From positions 50,629 to 114,628 of the forward strand of contig JAGVRI010000005.1 of NCBI GenBank assembly GCA_018606645.1: 64,000 nucleotides of DNA. The letters run 5' to 3'. The translations under genes and the position numbers were made by a program. Below the pieces are notes generated by a model, which had not been told where the DNA came from, searched no databases, and saw only the letters and a program-made list of their open reading frames with translations. The DNA comes from Chloroflexota bacterium. GTDB taxonomy: Bacteria; Chloroflexota; Anaerolineae; JAAYZQ01. Below, one piece after another: positions 29,824 through 39,363 of the stretch; the first letter of the stretch is position 1, and each line of letters starts with the position of its first letter.

Positions 29824-30861
29824 TTAACGGAGCAGCGTCATTTCGCCGCGAATTACCTGCCAGATCGTCACCCGGGCATTTTGCCGGTTGCCATCGGGTC
29901 GAAAAAGAACCGGGCCCGTCACCCCTACAAAGTCGTTCAGGCCCTTCAATTCTGCCAGCACGGCGCCTCGGTCGGGCGCTCCAGTTCGACGGATCGCCTC
30001 CAGCAAGATACAGGCCGCGTCATAGGCTTCTGGTCCAAAGATGGGGCAATCACCATACCGGCCCTGGTATCTGTTCAGAAACGTTTGGGCTTTAGGCATG
30101 GACCATGCATCCACTCCGGCATAGGTTTCGTACACTCCCTCTGCCGCTTCCCCTGCCAGCCGTGGGAATGGTGAGCCACGGCCGCCATCCGCTCCGAAAA
30201 GCTGGGCGCGGACCCCTGCCGCCCGTAAGGCACGGGTCAAGAAGGCGCTCTCGATCTCGGTTAATCCGAAATAGATCAGGTCGCATTCTACCGCCTTGAG
30301 GCGGTTCACCGTGTCTCCAAACGCTCTTTGCCCCAGCCGGATCGCTTCCACCAGGACCATTTGTGCTCCACCCTGACGGATGGTTGAGATAAATGCCTCG
30401 GCCAGAGGACATCCATAGTCAGTATTGTCATGGACCACCGCCACCCGCTGCACCTGAAGGACATCGAGAGCGTATCGGGCAGCGGCTGCTGCCTGGTCGT
30501 CATTGGTGGCACATACCCGAAAAAAGGTCTGCCATCCCTGGCGCGCCAGATCCGAATTGGTAGAAGAGGGAGTGATCTGGGCGAGCCCGCCGGCGGCATA
30601 CACTGCACCGGCTGCCCGCGACGGGCCGCTGTTTTTGTGCCCTACCACCCCTACTACCTCGCTATCTTTGATCAAAACCTGAGCCAGCTCCCGCGCCTTA
30701 TGCGGGTCTGCCTGGTCATCCAACGCCAACAGTTCTACAGGAAAGGGAACCTGGCCAGCTTCTCGGGCCTCTTCTATCGCCAGCGCCACGGCGTGCATCA
30801 TCGGGATGCCTACCACCGATTCAGGACCCGATAATGGGGCCAGGAATGCGATCTTGGCCAT
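29824..30861 (-). CDS. LivJ-like branched-chain amino acid binding protein without a signal peptide
   Basis: MAKIAFLAPLSG, VVGHKNS, FFRVCATND, AYDAA; SD GGGAG before ATG 30861. Confidence 0.85.
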   Translation of the reverse strand: MAKIAFLAPLSGPESVVGIPMMHAVALAIEEAREAGQVPFPVELLALDDQADPHKARELAQVLIKDSEVVGVVGHKNSGPSRAAGAVYAAGGLAQITPSSTNSDLARQGWQTFFRVCATNDDQAAAAARYALDVLQVQRVAVVHDNTDYGCPLAEAFISTIRQGGAQMVLVEAIRLGQRAFGDTVNRLKAVECDLIYFGLTEIESAFLTRALRAAGVRAQLFGADGGRGSPFPRLAGEAAEGVYETYAGVDAWSMPKAQTFLNRYQGRYGDCPIFGPEAYDAACILLEAIRRTGAPDRGAVLAELKGLNDFVGVTGPVLFRPDGNRQNARVTIWQVIRGEMTLLR

Positions 30862-30912
30862 CACTCCCCTTCCACCAACTCCGATCGTGCTAAATTCAGC
30901 CCACGCCTGTCT

Positions 30913-30958
30913 AAGAAAAGAGTCGGGTGGTGGCTTCGCACCAGGGAGCCACCACCCG
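30913..30958 (-). terminator. Rho-independent terminator-like hairpin after the peptide SBP
   Basis: 12-bp perfect inverted repeat CGGGTGGTGGCT/AGCCACCACCCG, followed on the minus strand by ACTCTTTTCTT. Confidence 0.7.
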
Positions 30959-30967
30959 GTCATCTAC

Positions 30968-32674
30968 CTATTTGGCGCACAGATAGGGATCGACCTTCCA
31001 GGCTTCGTTGAACACATATCCCTTGACCCACTGGCGAATGGCAATGGCCTTACCAGGCTGGACCAGCGGAACAAAGGGCCCTTTCATCTGCATATAGGCC
31101 TGGATATCGCTCCAGATCTCGGCACGTTTCTTGGGGTCCATCTCGACCGCAGCCGCGTCGCGCAGGTCTTTGATTTCTTGATCCGCCCGCTCATCGGTCC
31201 ACTGCGCCCGCAGACCGACAATCCCTTCTGGCAGGAATTCCAGATAGTCCGAGACGTCGTAATAGTCCGCGCCCCACATCCAGAAGGAGAAGCCTTCCTC
31301 GCCAGCTCGATAGCGAGCCAGCACGGTCATCAACTCGCCGGGCTTGAGGGTGACATTGATCCCTACTTCGGCCAGGTCTGCCTGCACCTTCTCGGCGATG
31401 ATATCAAAATCCACACCGCTGCGGGCAAACTTGGTGGGGTATTCCATCTCGATGTCAAAGCCGTTCGGATAACCTGCCTCGGCCAACAATTGTTTGGCCT
31501 TGTCCAGGTCTCGCTTGATGGCTCGATCGGGCCCCCAGGCGCCCATGAAGCCATAGGGTACAATGGTGGCGGGAGTGATGGCCGAACCACCCACTAGCGA
31601 CAGGATACCCTCATAGTCAATGGCGTACCGGATCGCCATGCGCACCCGTTCATCGCTCATGATGCCGTTAGTCAGGTCAGGGTTCATGTTGCATAGCAAG
31701 AAGAACATATCAGTGCCCAGGCCCTCGATCACCTTGATCTGCGGGTTAGCCTCCAGGGCCGGAACCTGATCGCCCTTGATCTCAGTGGCAATATCAATAT
31801 CCCCAGCTTCCAGGGTAAGTTTCTGGGTTGCCGCATCGGGAATATGGCGATAAATGACCCGATCAAAGAAAGCAGGCCCCCGCCAGTAGTCCGGGAACTT
31901 TTCCACGACCACCTCGGTTTCGGGCACCCAGCTCTTGAGGACAAACGGACCGGTCCCGGCCGAGTTCTGGTTCAGCCACTCCTCCGCTTTGTCGGTCTGG
32001 TCCGCATCGGGTCCGCTGGTCCCGCCATGCTCCATCACCGTCTTGCTGTCCAGGACGGCAAAGACAAAGAAGGTGGACTTGGCCAGGAAGGCCGGGTCGG
32101 GCTTTTCTTTGGTCACAACCACCGTATAGTCGTCCGGAGTGTCAATGCTGACCACCCCATCGAACAGGAAGGAGGGGTTGCCCTTGAGTCCCATCGCCCG
32201 TTCCCAGGACCATTTCACATCGGCAGCGGTCATCTCGTTGCCGCTGTGGAATTTGACCCCTTTCCTCAGTTTGAAGGTAAAGACCTTGCCATCCTCGGAG
32301 ACCGTCCAGCTCTCGGCCAGATCGGGGACGATCTCGCTCACGTTGTCGTCGGCCCAGGTGACCAGCGTATTGTACGTCGCTTTGTGAACCATGCCGGCCA
32401 CGATCTCAAAGGCCCGGCCTGGGTCCAGCGTGGTCTGGTCAAAACCGGCGCCGATGACCAACTCCTTGGGCTTGGGAGCCACTTCCTGGGGCACCACCAC
32501 GGTCTCTTTGACCACCACTTCCTGGGTCACGACCTTTTCCACGACCTGGGGAGTGCCGGCCACCACCACCGTTTCCTTGACCACCTGGGGAGTGGGCGTT
32601 GGGGCGCACCCGGCCAACGCCAGGCTCGCCAACGCAATGACAGACAAAAGTACCAGCCACTTTCTGGAAATCAT
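30968..32674 (-). CDS. Peptide/nickel-type ABC SBP (family 5), lipoprotein
   Basis: LAGC lipobox, VVKETVVV linker, PDLAESW..FKLRKGVKFH, GTGPF. Confidence 0.92.
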   Translation of the reverse strand: MISRKWLVLLSVIALASLALAGCAPTPTPQVVKETVVVAGTPQVVEKVVTQEVVVKETVVVPQEVAPKPKELVIGAGFDQTTLDPGRAFEIVAGMVHKATYNTLVTWADDNVSEIVPDLAESWTVSEDGKVFTFKLRKGVKFHSGNEMTAADVKWSWERAMGLKGNPSFLFDGVVSIDTPDDYTVVVTKEKPDPAFLAKSTFFVFAVLDSKTVMEHGGTSGPDADQTDKAEEWLNQNSAGTGPFVLKSWVPETEVVVEKFPDYWRGPAFFDRVIYRHIPDAATQKLTLEAGDIDIATEIKGDQVPALEANPQIKVIEGLGTDMFFLLCNMNPDLTNGIMSDERVRMAIRYAIDYEGILSLVGGSAITPATIVPYGFMGAWGPDRAIKRDLDKAKQLLAEAGYPNGFDIEMEYPTKFARSGVDFDIIAEKVQADLAEVGINVTLKPGELMTVLARYRAGEEGFSFWMWGADYYDVSDYLEFLPEGIVGLRAQWTDERADQEIKDLRDAAAVEMDPKKRAEIWSDIQAYMQMKGPFVPLVQPGKAIAIRQWVKGYVFNEAWKVDPYLCAK

Positions 32675-32965
32675 CCTTTCCTCCCTTTAATCAAGTTTCT
32701 TTCATACGGTTTCCGGATGCACCAGCAACTAGAAGATCAACCCCGATACGATCACCCCCTTCCCAAGGATCACTCCAGAAAAAAATGAATACGCCCTCAG
32801 ATGCACTACTAACACTAACACTGCGAACGATAGCTGGATCCGGTTGGATTGCGGACGGTTTGGAGTCCAGGCACCGTAACCGAAACTGGTTCAACAAGAC
32901 AACAGTTGCCCAGGCAGCATATCCTGCATCATTCAGAATACAAAATGCTATTTTGTGTTTGCGCC

Positions 32966-32994
32966 ATTATATCATAGCCGTCGGGGCTTGTCAA
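32966..32994 (-). promoter_or_regulatory. Sigma70 promoter of the catabolic cluster
   Basis: Minus strand TTGACA-17nt-TATAAT with extended -10 TG. Confidence 0.85.
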
Positions 32995-33050
32995 GTATGG
33001 CGCGATAAAATTTTGGGGACACCCGAACCTCCGTTTCGCACGTCATAGAT

Positions 33051-33079
33051 TTGAGACTTTGACCAAGCCATGCTACAAT
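33051..33079 (+). promoter_or_regulatory. Divergent sigma70 promoter
   Basis: TTGAGA-17nt-TACAAT with extended -10 TG. Confidence 0.6.
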
Positions 33080-33150
33080 GAGGGGCGGATCGATACGGAT
33101 GGGGCAGGGAAAGGTGTTGGACAGACTCGATTGAGAAGGCTTGAGCGGGG

Positions 33151-33852
33151 ATGAATTACTTTAGTTTGGCACAGCGGGTCGCCGAGGGTTCGGTCCTGGA
33201 GCCGAAAGCCTTGGCCTGGTTTTACGGTACGCTGACCCAGGCACCTGGGGTGCGCACCATACATCAACGTTGCGTTGTGCATGTACTGGCCCAGGGGATC
33301 ACCCACGGGGTGGCGCTGGATCTGGGCACAGGGCCGGGCCTGGTGGCTGTCGAGATCGCCCAACGGCTACCGGGACTGCGCGTGATCGGTCTCGATTTGG
33401 CCGCCCCCATGGTAAAGGCGGCCCATCGGCGGGCGAAACGGATCGGGGTGGACGGTCGTGGCCTCTGGCCGCAGGCGGATGGACATTTTCTGCCCTTCGC
33501 CGATGGCAGTTTTGATCTGGTTTTCAGCACCTTTGCCCTGCACCATTGGTGTGATCCGTTGGCAGTCCTGAACGAAATGGCGCGGGTCCTGAAACCAGGG
33601 GGACGCTACTTGATTGCCGATCTGTGCCGCGAGGTCACCCTTTGGCAGCGGCTTTTTGCCTACGCCACAATTCCGGCGGTGAGTCTGCCCCTCGGCAGTT
33701 ACCGGGGCTATGGCGGCTACTATGAATCGGTGCGGGGCGGATACACACGCGAGGAGGCACGGGCGCTATTGCAGCAGTCGGCTCTGCCCCCGGGAGAGGT
33801 CAGGCTGGACTCGACCTGGTTCGTGTCGGTACTGATTATCGCTTCCGGGTGA
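33151..33852 (+). CDS. Class I SAM-dependent methyltransferase (UbiE-like fold)
   Basis: LDLGTGPG, LPFADGSFDLV, ALHHW, RVLKPGG. Confidence 0.88.
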   Translation: MNYFSLAQRVAEGSVLEPKALAWFYGTLTQAPGVRTIHQRCVVHVLAQGITHGVALDLGTGPGLVAVEIAQRLPGLRVIGLDLAAPMVKAAHRRAKRIGVDGRGLWPQADGHFLPFADGSFDLVFSTFALHHWCDPLAVLNEMARVLKPGGRYLIADLCREVTLWQRLFAYATIPAVSLPLGSYRGYGGYYESVRGGYTREEARALLQQSALPPGEVRLDSTWFVSVLIIASG

Positions 33853-33899
33853 ATTGAGATCTTGGCAGCGAGTGGTTTTGTGGTTCATAAGCGGGAGGG

Positions 33900-35297
33900 A
33901 TGGTGAGACGAACAGATTATGACGTGATCATTGTAGGGGCTGGTCCGGCCGGCATTTTTGCCGCCATGGAGATCTCTCAATCAGTGCGTTGTCGGATGTT
34001 GATGCTGGACAAGGGGCCTTCTCTGAATAAGCGCCGATGCCCGGCCCGGGAGAAGGGCCGCTGCATGAAGTGCGCCACCTGTGCCCTGGTGACCGGTTGG
34101 GGAGGGTCGGGAGCTTTCAGCGACGGGAAACTCACCCTGACCACCCAGGTAGGGGGGTTACTGGCCGAGATCCGGGGAGAAGAAGAGGCAGCACGACTGG
34201 TGCATCAGGTGGATGATATCTGGGTGCGCTTTGGAGCCGATGGAGAACCGTACAGCGGTGATCTGGACCGTATCGAAGAGATCGCCCGACGGGCCGCCCT
34301 GGCCGGACTGCGGTTGCAGCACTACCCGATCCGCCATCTGGGCACTGAGCGCAGCGGCGACATCCTGGGAGCGATGTATCTGGAATTGATCAGCCGCGGG
34401 GTCGAGGTCCGAACCGGTACCGAAGTGACTCATATCTTGCACAGCGATGGAGTAGTCATTGGCGTGGAGACGGCGAACGGCGAGCGGCTGACCAGTTCAT
34501 ATGTGGTGGTGGCTCCCGGTCGGGAGGGGGCCGATTGGCTCACTCAACTGGCCCGGGAACTGAACCTGAGCCTGAGCATCAACCCGGTTGATATTGGCGT
34601 CCGGGTGGAGCTTCCCGCTCAGGTCTTTGCCCCACTGACCGATCTGCTCTATGAACCCAAGTTCGTCTACTTTTCCTCCGCGTTCGATGACCGGGTGCGG
34701 ACCTTTTGCGTCTGCCCCTATGGTGAGGTGGTCACCGAATGGGCCGGCGACGTGATGACCGTGAACGGTCACTCCTACGCCCATCAAAAGACAGAAAATA
34801 CCAATTTTGCCGTGTTGGTCAGCAAGAACTTTACCGAACCGTTCAAGGAGCCGATCGCCTATGGTCGCTATATTGCCCGGTTGGCGAACCTGCTGTCAGG
34901 CGGGATCATCGTCCAGCGCCTGGGTGATCTGCGCGCCGGCCGGCGCACCACCGCCCAACGCCTGGAGCGATGTATCACCCGTCCTACCCTGAAAGAAGCC
35001 ACCCCTGGAGATCTGAATCTGGTATTGCCCTATCGCTACGTGGTGAACATTCTGGAGATGATCGACGCTCTGGAGAAGGTAGCCCCTGGCGTCGCTTCCA
35101 GACATACCTTACTCTACGGCGTCGAGGCCAAATTCTATTCCTCACGTCTCAAATTGACCCGGGACCTGGAGACCGAGGTGCGTAATTTGTTTGCCGCCGG
35201 CGATGGGGCCGGGGTCACCCGAGGGTTGGTCCAGGCATCTGCTTCGGGTCTGATCGTGGCTCGCGCGATTTTGGAGCGTCTCAAGGAAGCCGGTTGA
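33900..35297 (+). CDS. Conserved FAD-dependent oxidoreductase of unknown function
   Basis: GAGPAG, N-terminal Cys cluster, GWGGSGAFSDGKL, RTFCVCPYG, GDGAGVTRG. Confidence 0.88.
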   Translation: MVRRTDYDVIIVGAGPAGIFAAMEISQSVRCRMLMLDKGPSLNKRRCPAREKGRCMKCATCALVTGWGGSGAFSDGKLTLTTQVGGLLAEIRGEEEAARLVHQVDDIWVRFGADGEPYSGDLDRIEEIARRAALAGLRLQHYPIRHLGTERSGDILGAMYLELISRGVEVRTGTEVTHILHSDGVVIGVETANGERLTSSYVVVAPGREGADWLTQLARELNLSLSINPVDIGVRVELPAQVFAPLTDLLYEPKFVYFSSAFDDRVRTFCVCPYGEVVTEWAGDVMTVNGHSYAHQKTENTNFAVLVSKNFTEPFKEPIAYGRYIARLANLLSGGIIVQRLGDLRAGRRTTAQRLERCITRPTLKEATPGDLNLVLPYRYVVNILEMIDALEKVAPGVASRHTLLYGVEAKFYSSRLKLTRDLETEVRNLFAAGDGAGVTRGLVQASASGLIVARAILERLKEAG

Positions 35298-35309
35298 TCG
35301 AGGTAGGCT

Positions 35310-35867
35310 ATGCCTTTCAAGTTCCACCGACTGGAAATCCCGGACCTGATATTGATCGAGGGCCAGCGTTTCGACGACGATCGGGGGTTTTTTGCCGAAA
35401 CGTACAAGATGTCGCAGTTTGTGTCCTACGGCATTTCGTCACCCTTTGTCCAGGATAACTGGTCCCACTCCATCCGTGGGGTCCTGCGGGGATTGCACTA
35501 CCAGAAACATCCCAAAGCCCAGGGAAAGTTGGTGATGGTCCTCCGGGGTCAGATCTTTGATGTGGCGGTCGATATCCGCAAAGGTTCGCCGACCTACGGA
35601 CAATGGACCGGAGTGACCCTCAAAGCGGAAGAGTTCCGCATGTTGTACGTGCCTCCGGGATTTGCCCACGGTTTCTGTGTGCTCAGTAACGAAGCGGACG
35701 TCCTGTACAAGGTGACCGCCGAGTACAGTCCGGAGCTCGATCGGGGGATCATCTGGAACGATCCAGAGATCGGCATCCGGTGGCCGATCGCCGATCCCTT
35801 GCTCTCGATCAAGGATGCTCAACTGCCTCCATTGCGGGATGCAGACAACAACTTTCTGGTCGATTAG
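35310..35867 (+). CDS. rfbC: dTDP-4-dehydrorhamnose 3,5-epimerase
   Basis: DDRGFF, QDNWSHS..GVLRGLHYQ, VDIRKGSPTYG, PGFAHGF. Confidence 0.95.
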   Translation: MPFKFHRLEIPDLILIEGQRFDDDRGFFAETYKMSQFVSYGISSPFVQDNWSHSIRGVLRGLHYQKHPKAQGKLVMVLRGQIFDVAVDIRKGSPTYGQWTGVTLKAEEFRMLYVPPGFAHGFCVLSNEADVLYKVTAEYSPELDRGIIWNDPEIGIRWPIADPLLSIKDAQLPPLRDADNNFLVD

Positions 35868-35870
35868 GGA

Positions 35871-37184
35871 ATGCGCTATTACCTGTGGACGATTGGTTGC
35901 CAGATGAATGTCGCCGATTCGCGGCGGATCGCCGAAGAATTGGACCGCCTTGGGTTCCGGGAAACGGCTCGTCCGCAGGATGCTGACCTGATCGTGCTCA
36001 ACACGTGCGTCGTGCGTCGCAGTGCTGAGGACAAGGTACTGGGTCGCTTGACCTCCTTGCAGGGGCTCAAAAGACACAAACCAGAGGTCGGCCTGATAGT
36101 GATCGGCTGCTTTGTCCATGACATCCCGTCCCTGCGACGTCGCTATCCATGGGTGGATGCATTCGTGGAACCCTCCAACATCCCAGCGGTGGTTGAATGG
36201 GTGCGGCAGAGAATTGGAGACAAAAAGCTTGAAGGCGACTCCTTGTTCGTTCGACAGGTTCCCGTCTCGGTCGGGGTGCCGATTAGCTACGGTTGTGACC
36301 ACCGGTGTACCTATTGCATCGTCCGCCTGCGGCGCGGGACAGAGATCAGCCGTCCCATGACAGAGATCCTGGCTGAAGTCCAGGCGCTGGTCAACCGAGG
36401 TGCTAAGGAGGTCACCCTTTTGGGTCAGAACGTGGACTCGTACGGCCATGACTTGCCCCCTGTTGCATTGCCCATCCACGGGGATGGAGCCACAGAGGTG
36501 CGTTCTCCTGATCTGGCCGACCTGTTGGAGGCGGTCCACTCGATCCAGGGATTGGAGCGCATCCGCTTTCTCACTTCCCATCCGGCGGACATGTCGGATC
36601 GGCTCATTGAAACGGTGGCGCGACTCCCCAAGGTGTGCGAACATGTGGAGATACCGGTCCAATCCGGGGACGATACCGTGCTGCGACGCATGGGCCGAAA
36701 CTATACGGTCGCCCAGTATCGGGACCTGGTGCGCCGCATCCGGCAGGCAATGCCCCGGGTCGGGTTGGCGACCGATGTCATCGTCGGCTTCCCGGGCGAA
36801 ACGGAGGACCAGTTTGAGGCCACCTACCGCCTGCTGGAGGAATTGCGGTTTGACGTAGTCCATGTGGCAGCCTATTCGCCACGGCCCGGCACCCCGGCGG
36901 AGCGCCTGCCTGACGACGTGTCCCCCGAAGAAAAGGAGCGTCGTCGCCAGGCCATAGACGATCTGCAGGAACGGATCGCTGCCGAGATCAACGCCCGGTA
37001 TCTTGATCAAACGGTGGAGGTCCTGGTGGAAGGCCGGCACAAAGGCAAATGGCAGGGCCGGACGCGGACCAACAAGCTGGTTTTCTTTGAGATGGGGGAG
37101 AAGGACTGGATGGGGAAACTGGCTCGGGTCCGTATCGTCCGCGCCGGGGCCTGGTCCATGCAAGGCATCGTGGAGGAAGAATGA
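35871..37184 (+). CDS. miaB: tRNA-2-methylthio-N6-dimethylallyladenosine synthase
   Basis: GCQMNVADS, NTC, radical SAM CDHRCTYC, DVIVGFPGE, YSPRPGT, TRAM domain. Confidence 0.92.
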   Translation: MRYYLWTIGCQMNVADSRRIAEELDRLGFRETARPQDADLIVLNTCVVRRSAEDKVLGRLTSLQGLKRHKPEVGLIVIGCFVHDIPSLRRRYPWVDAFVEPSNIPAVVEWVRQRIGDKKLEGDSLFVRQVPVSVGVPISYGCDHRCTYCIVRLRRGTEISRPMTEILAEVQALVNRGAKEVTLLGQNVDSYGHDLPPVALPIHGDGATEVRSPDLADLLEAVHSIQGLERIRFLTSHPADMSDRLIETVARLPKVCEHVEIPVQSGDDTVLRRMGRNYTVAQYRDLVRRIRQAMPRVGLATDVIVGFPGETEDQFEATYRLLEELRFDVVHVAAYSPRPGTPAERLPDDVSPEEKERRRQAIDDLQERIAAEINARYLDQTVEVLVEGRHKGKWQGRTRTNKLVFFEMGEKDWMGKLARVRIVRAGAWSMQGIVEEE

Positions 37185-37996
37185 AACGGTTGATCATCAA
37201 TGCCGATGATATGGGACTGGACATTGGAGTGGTCCGAGGCATTATTGACCTGCACCAGGCAGGGTTGATCACCAGCACCTCCTGCATGACCAACATGCCG
37301 GCCTGGCCTCTGGCCGCCGACTATTTGCGCGAACATCCAGGCCTGGGAGCTGGGGTGCACCTGGTCTTTAACTCCGGCTATCCCGTTCTGCCGAGAGAAC
37401 GGGTGCCGGCGCTGGTGGACTCGGACGGACGGTTTCTGAACGATCAGCAGATCTTGCGCAGCCTGAGGCCGGGGACCACTGCCCAACTCCGCGCCGAGTT
37501 TCGGGCCCAGGTCGAGCGCTTTATTGCTGACGTAGGCCGCCTTCCCGATCATTTGGATAACCACTGTGCCATTTCGTACGTCCGTCCTGACCGCTTCAAG
37601 GTGACTCTGGAACTGGCCAGGGAGTATGGATTGGCGATCCGTGCTCCCTTTGGCGATGATCTGGAGGAGCAGGTGGCGGTGTTGGCCCGTCATAATGACC
37701 TGCCGCCGTGGCTCATCCGCTGGCAGGGAGCGCGCTACCGGCGGCAGGTAGACCGGGCCGGGATCCGCCGCCCCCATACCTTCATCCAGCACTTTTCGAT
37801 GCCGGGGCACCGCACGGCTGAGTATCTGCTGGCGGTGCTGGATGCCTTGCGGGATGGCTGGGTCAGCGAGTTATTGATCCATCCCGGTTATGATGACGGC
37901 TGGCGGGAACAAGACCTGCGGGCGCTTTTCGATCCCCGGGTCCGGGATCGACTGCGTCAACCCGATATCGAACTGGTCCGTTTTTCCGATTTGTAG
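37181..37996 (+). CDS. ChbG/YdjC-family carbohydrate deacetylase
   Basis: LIINADD, GVHL, HLDNH, ELLIHPG. Confidence 0.88.
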   Translation: MKRLIINADDMGLDIGVVRGIIDLHQAGLITSTSCMTNMPAWPLAADYLREHPGLGAGVHLVFNSGYPVLPRERVPALVDSDGRFLNDQQILRSLRPGTTAQLRAEFRAQVERFIADVGRLPDHLDNHCAISYVRPDRFKVTLELAREYGLAIRAPFGDDLEEQVAVLARHNDLPPWLIRWQGARYRRQVDRAGIRRPHTFIQHFSMPGHRTAEYLLAVLDALRDGWVSELLIHPGYDDGWREQDLRALFDPRVRDRLRQPDIELVRFSDL

Positions 37997-38038
37997 AGCG
38001 TCTTCAGAGTCTGAGAGAACCGGAGCAGAGGTCTGACC

Positions 38039-38272
38039 ATGGAACTCTCGTCCTTGGGTAAGATGATCGTATTGGTCGGCATCAGTTTGGTGATCGTGGG
38101 TGGGCTGTTGTGGCTGCTGGGACGCACCGGATTCCCGCTGGGTCGCCTGCCCGGCGACATCCACATCGAACGCGACGGCTTTTCCTGCTATGTCCCCCTG
38201 GTGACCATGCTTGTGTTGAGCATCGTCTTGACGATCTTGTTGAACATCATCATCCGCCTGTTGGCCCGCTGA
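38039..38272 (+). CDS. DUF2905 small membrane protein
   Basis: LGRLPGDI...FSCYVPLVT motif; typical neighbour of queA. Confidence 0.85.
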   Translation: MELSSLGKMIVLVGISLVIVGGLLWLLGRTGFPLGRLPGDIHIERDGFSCYVPLVTMLVLSIVLTILLNIIIRLLAR

Positions 38273-39342
38273 TGATGAGAACCAGCGATTTTGACTATGA
38301 TCTCCCGCCGGATCGAATCGCCCAGACCCCGGTCGAGCCCCGGGATGCATCCCGGCTGATGGTGGTGCATCGGGCTACGGGTCAGATCGAGCATCGCATC
38401 TTTCGCGAGATCGGCCAGTATCTGCACCCCGGCGACTTGTTAGTCCTTAACCAGACGCGCGTCATTCCGGCGCGGCTCTTCGGTCGCAAAATCCCGACCG
38501 GCGGACGGGTGGAGTTGCTTCTTCTTTCCCGACGCGACGCGCACACGTGGGAAGCCCTGGTGCGGGGCAAAGGTCTGCGCCCGGGCGTGGAGCTGCAATT
38601 GCAAGCGGCCAGAGAACCGTCCCGCACTCCACCCCATCTGCGGGCTAAAATTGTGGCCGAAACCGGCCTGAGCGGTCGCCTGATCCGCTTTGAGCAGCCT
38701 GTCGATCCGTTACTTGACGAGTTGGGGACGATCCCGCTCCCCCCGTATATCCACCAACCGCTGGCCGATCCAGAACGGTACCAGACCGTCTATGGTCGGG
38801 TCAAGGGTTCGGTGGCCGCCTCCACTGCCGGTCTGCATTTCACCATGGAACTGTTGGATCGATTGCAGGGCATGGGGGTGGAAATCGCCTTTCTGACCCT
38901 GCACATTGGCCTGGACACCTTCCAGCCGGTGAAAGAGGAGCAGATCGAACAACACCAGATACACACCGAATGGTACGAACTGACCGAGGCGACGGCAGAA
39001 CGCGTGAACCGTGCCCGGTTGGACGGACGACGGGTGATCGCAGTGGGCACCACTGTGGTCCGTGCCCTCGAATCGGCGGCCAAGGTCCGTGGCGCAGAGA
39101 GCCATGGCGTGGAAGGACAAACCGTGTCCGCCTACGCCGGCCCGACCGACCTGTTCATCTACCCCGGTTATCAGTTCCGGGTGGTGGATGCGATGATCAC
39201 CAATTTCCACCTGCCGCGCAGCACCCTCTTGATGCTCGTTTCGGCCTTTGCCAGTCGGGAACTGATCTTTCGCGCCTATCAGGAGGCAATCCGCCTTGGC
39301 TATCGCTTCTTCTCGTTCGGGGATGCCATGCTGTTGCTATAG
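38272..39342 (+). CDS. queA: S-adenosylmethionine:tRNA ribosyltransferase-isomerase
   Basis: DFDYDLP..IAQTP, PLPPYI, YQTVY, TAGLHFT, VGTT, TNFHLPRSTL, FSFGDAM. Confidence 0.96.
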   Translation: MMRTSDFDYDLPPDRIAQTPVEPRDASRLMVVHRATGQIEHRIFREIGQYLHPGDLLVLNQTRVIPARLFGRKIPTGGRVELLLLSRRDAHTWEALVRGKGLRPGVELQLQAAREPSRTPPHLRAKIVAETGLSGRLIRFEQPVDPLLDELGTIPLPPYIHQPLADPERYQTVYGRVKGSVAASTAGLHFTMELLDRLQGMGVEIAFLTLHIGLDTFQPVKEEQIEQHQIHTEWYELTEATAERVNRARLDGRRVIAVGTTVVRALESAAKVRGAESHGVEGQTVSAYAGPTDLFIYPGYQFRVVDAMITNFHLPRSTLLMLVSAFASRELIFRAYQEAIRLGYRFFSFGDAMLLL

Positions 39343-39363
39343 AGCCATCTGGTGGCTCGAGCC

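Noticed and set aside
30862..30963. Upstream extension of the LivJ-like ORF as a possible signal peptide
   Set aside because: Not hydrophobic and runs through the terminator hairpin; the SD supports 30861
32480..32600. Repeats in the family 5 SBP gene
   Set aside because: These encode the VVKETVVV lipoprotein linker; not a CRISPR or mobile repeat
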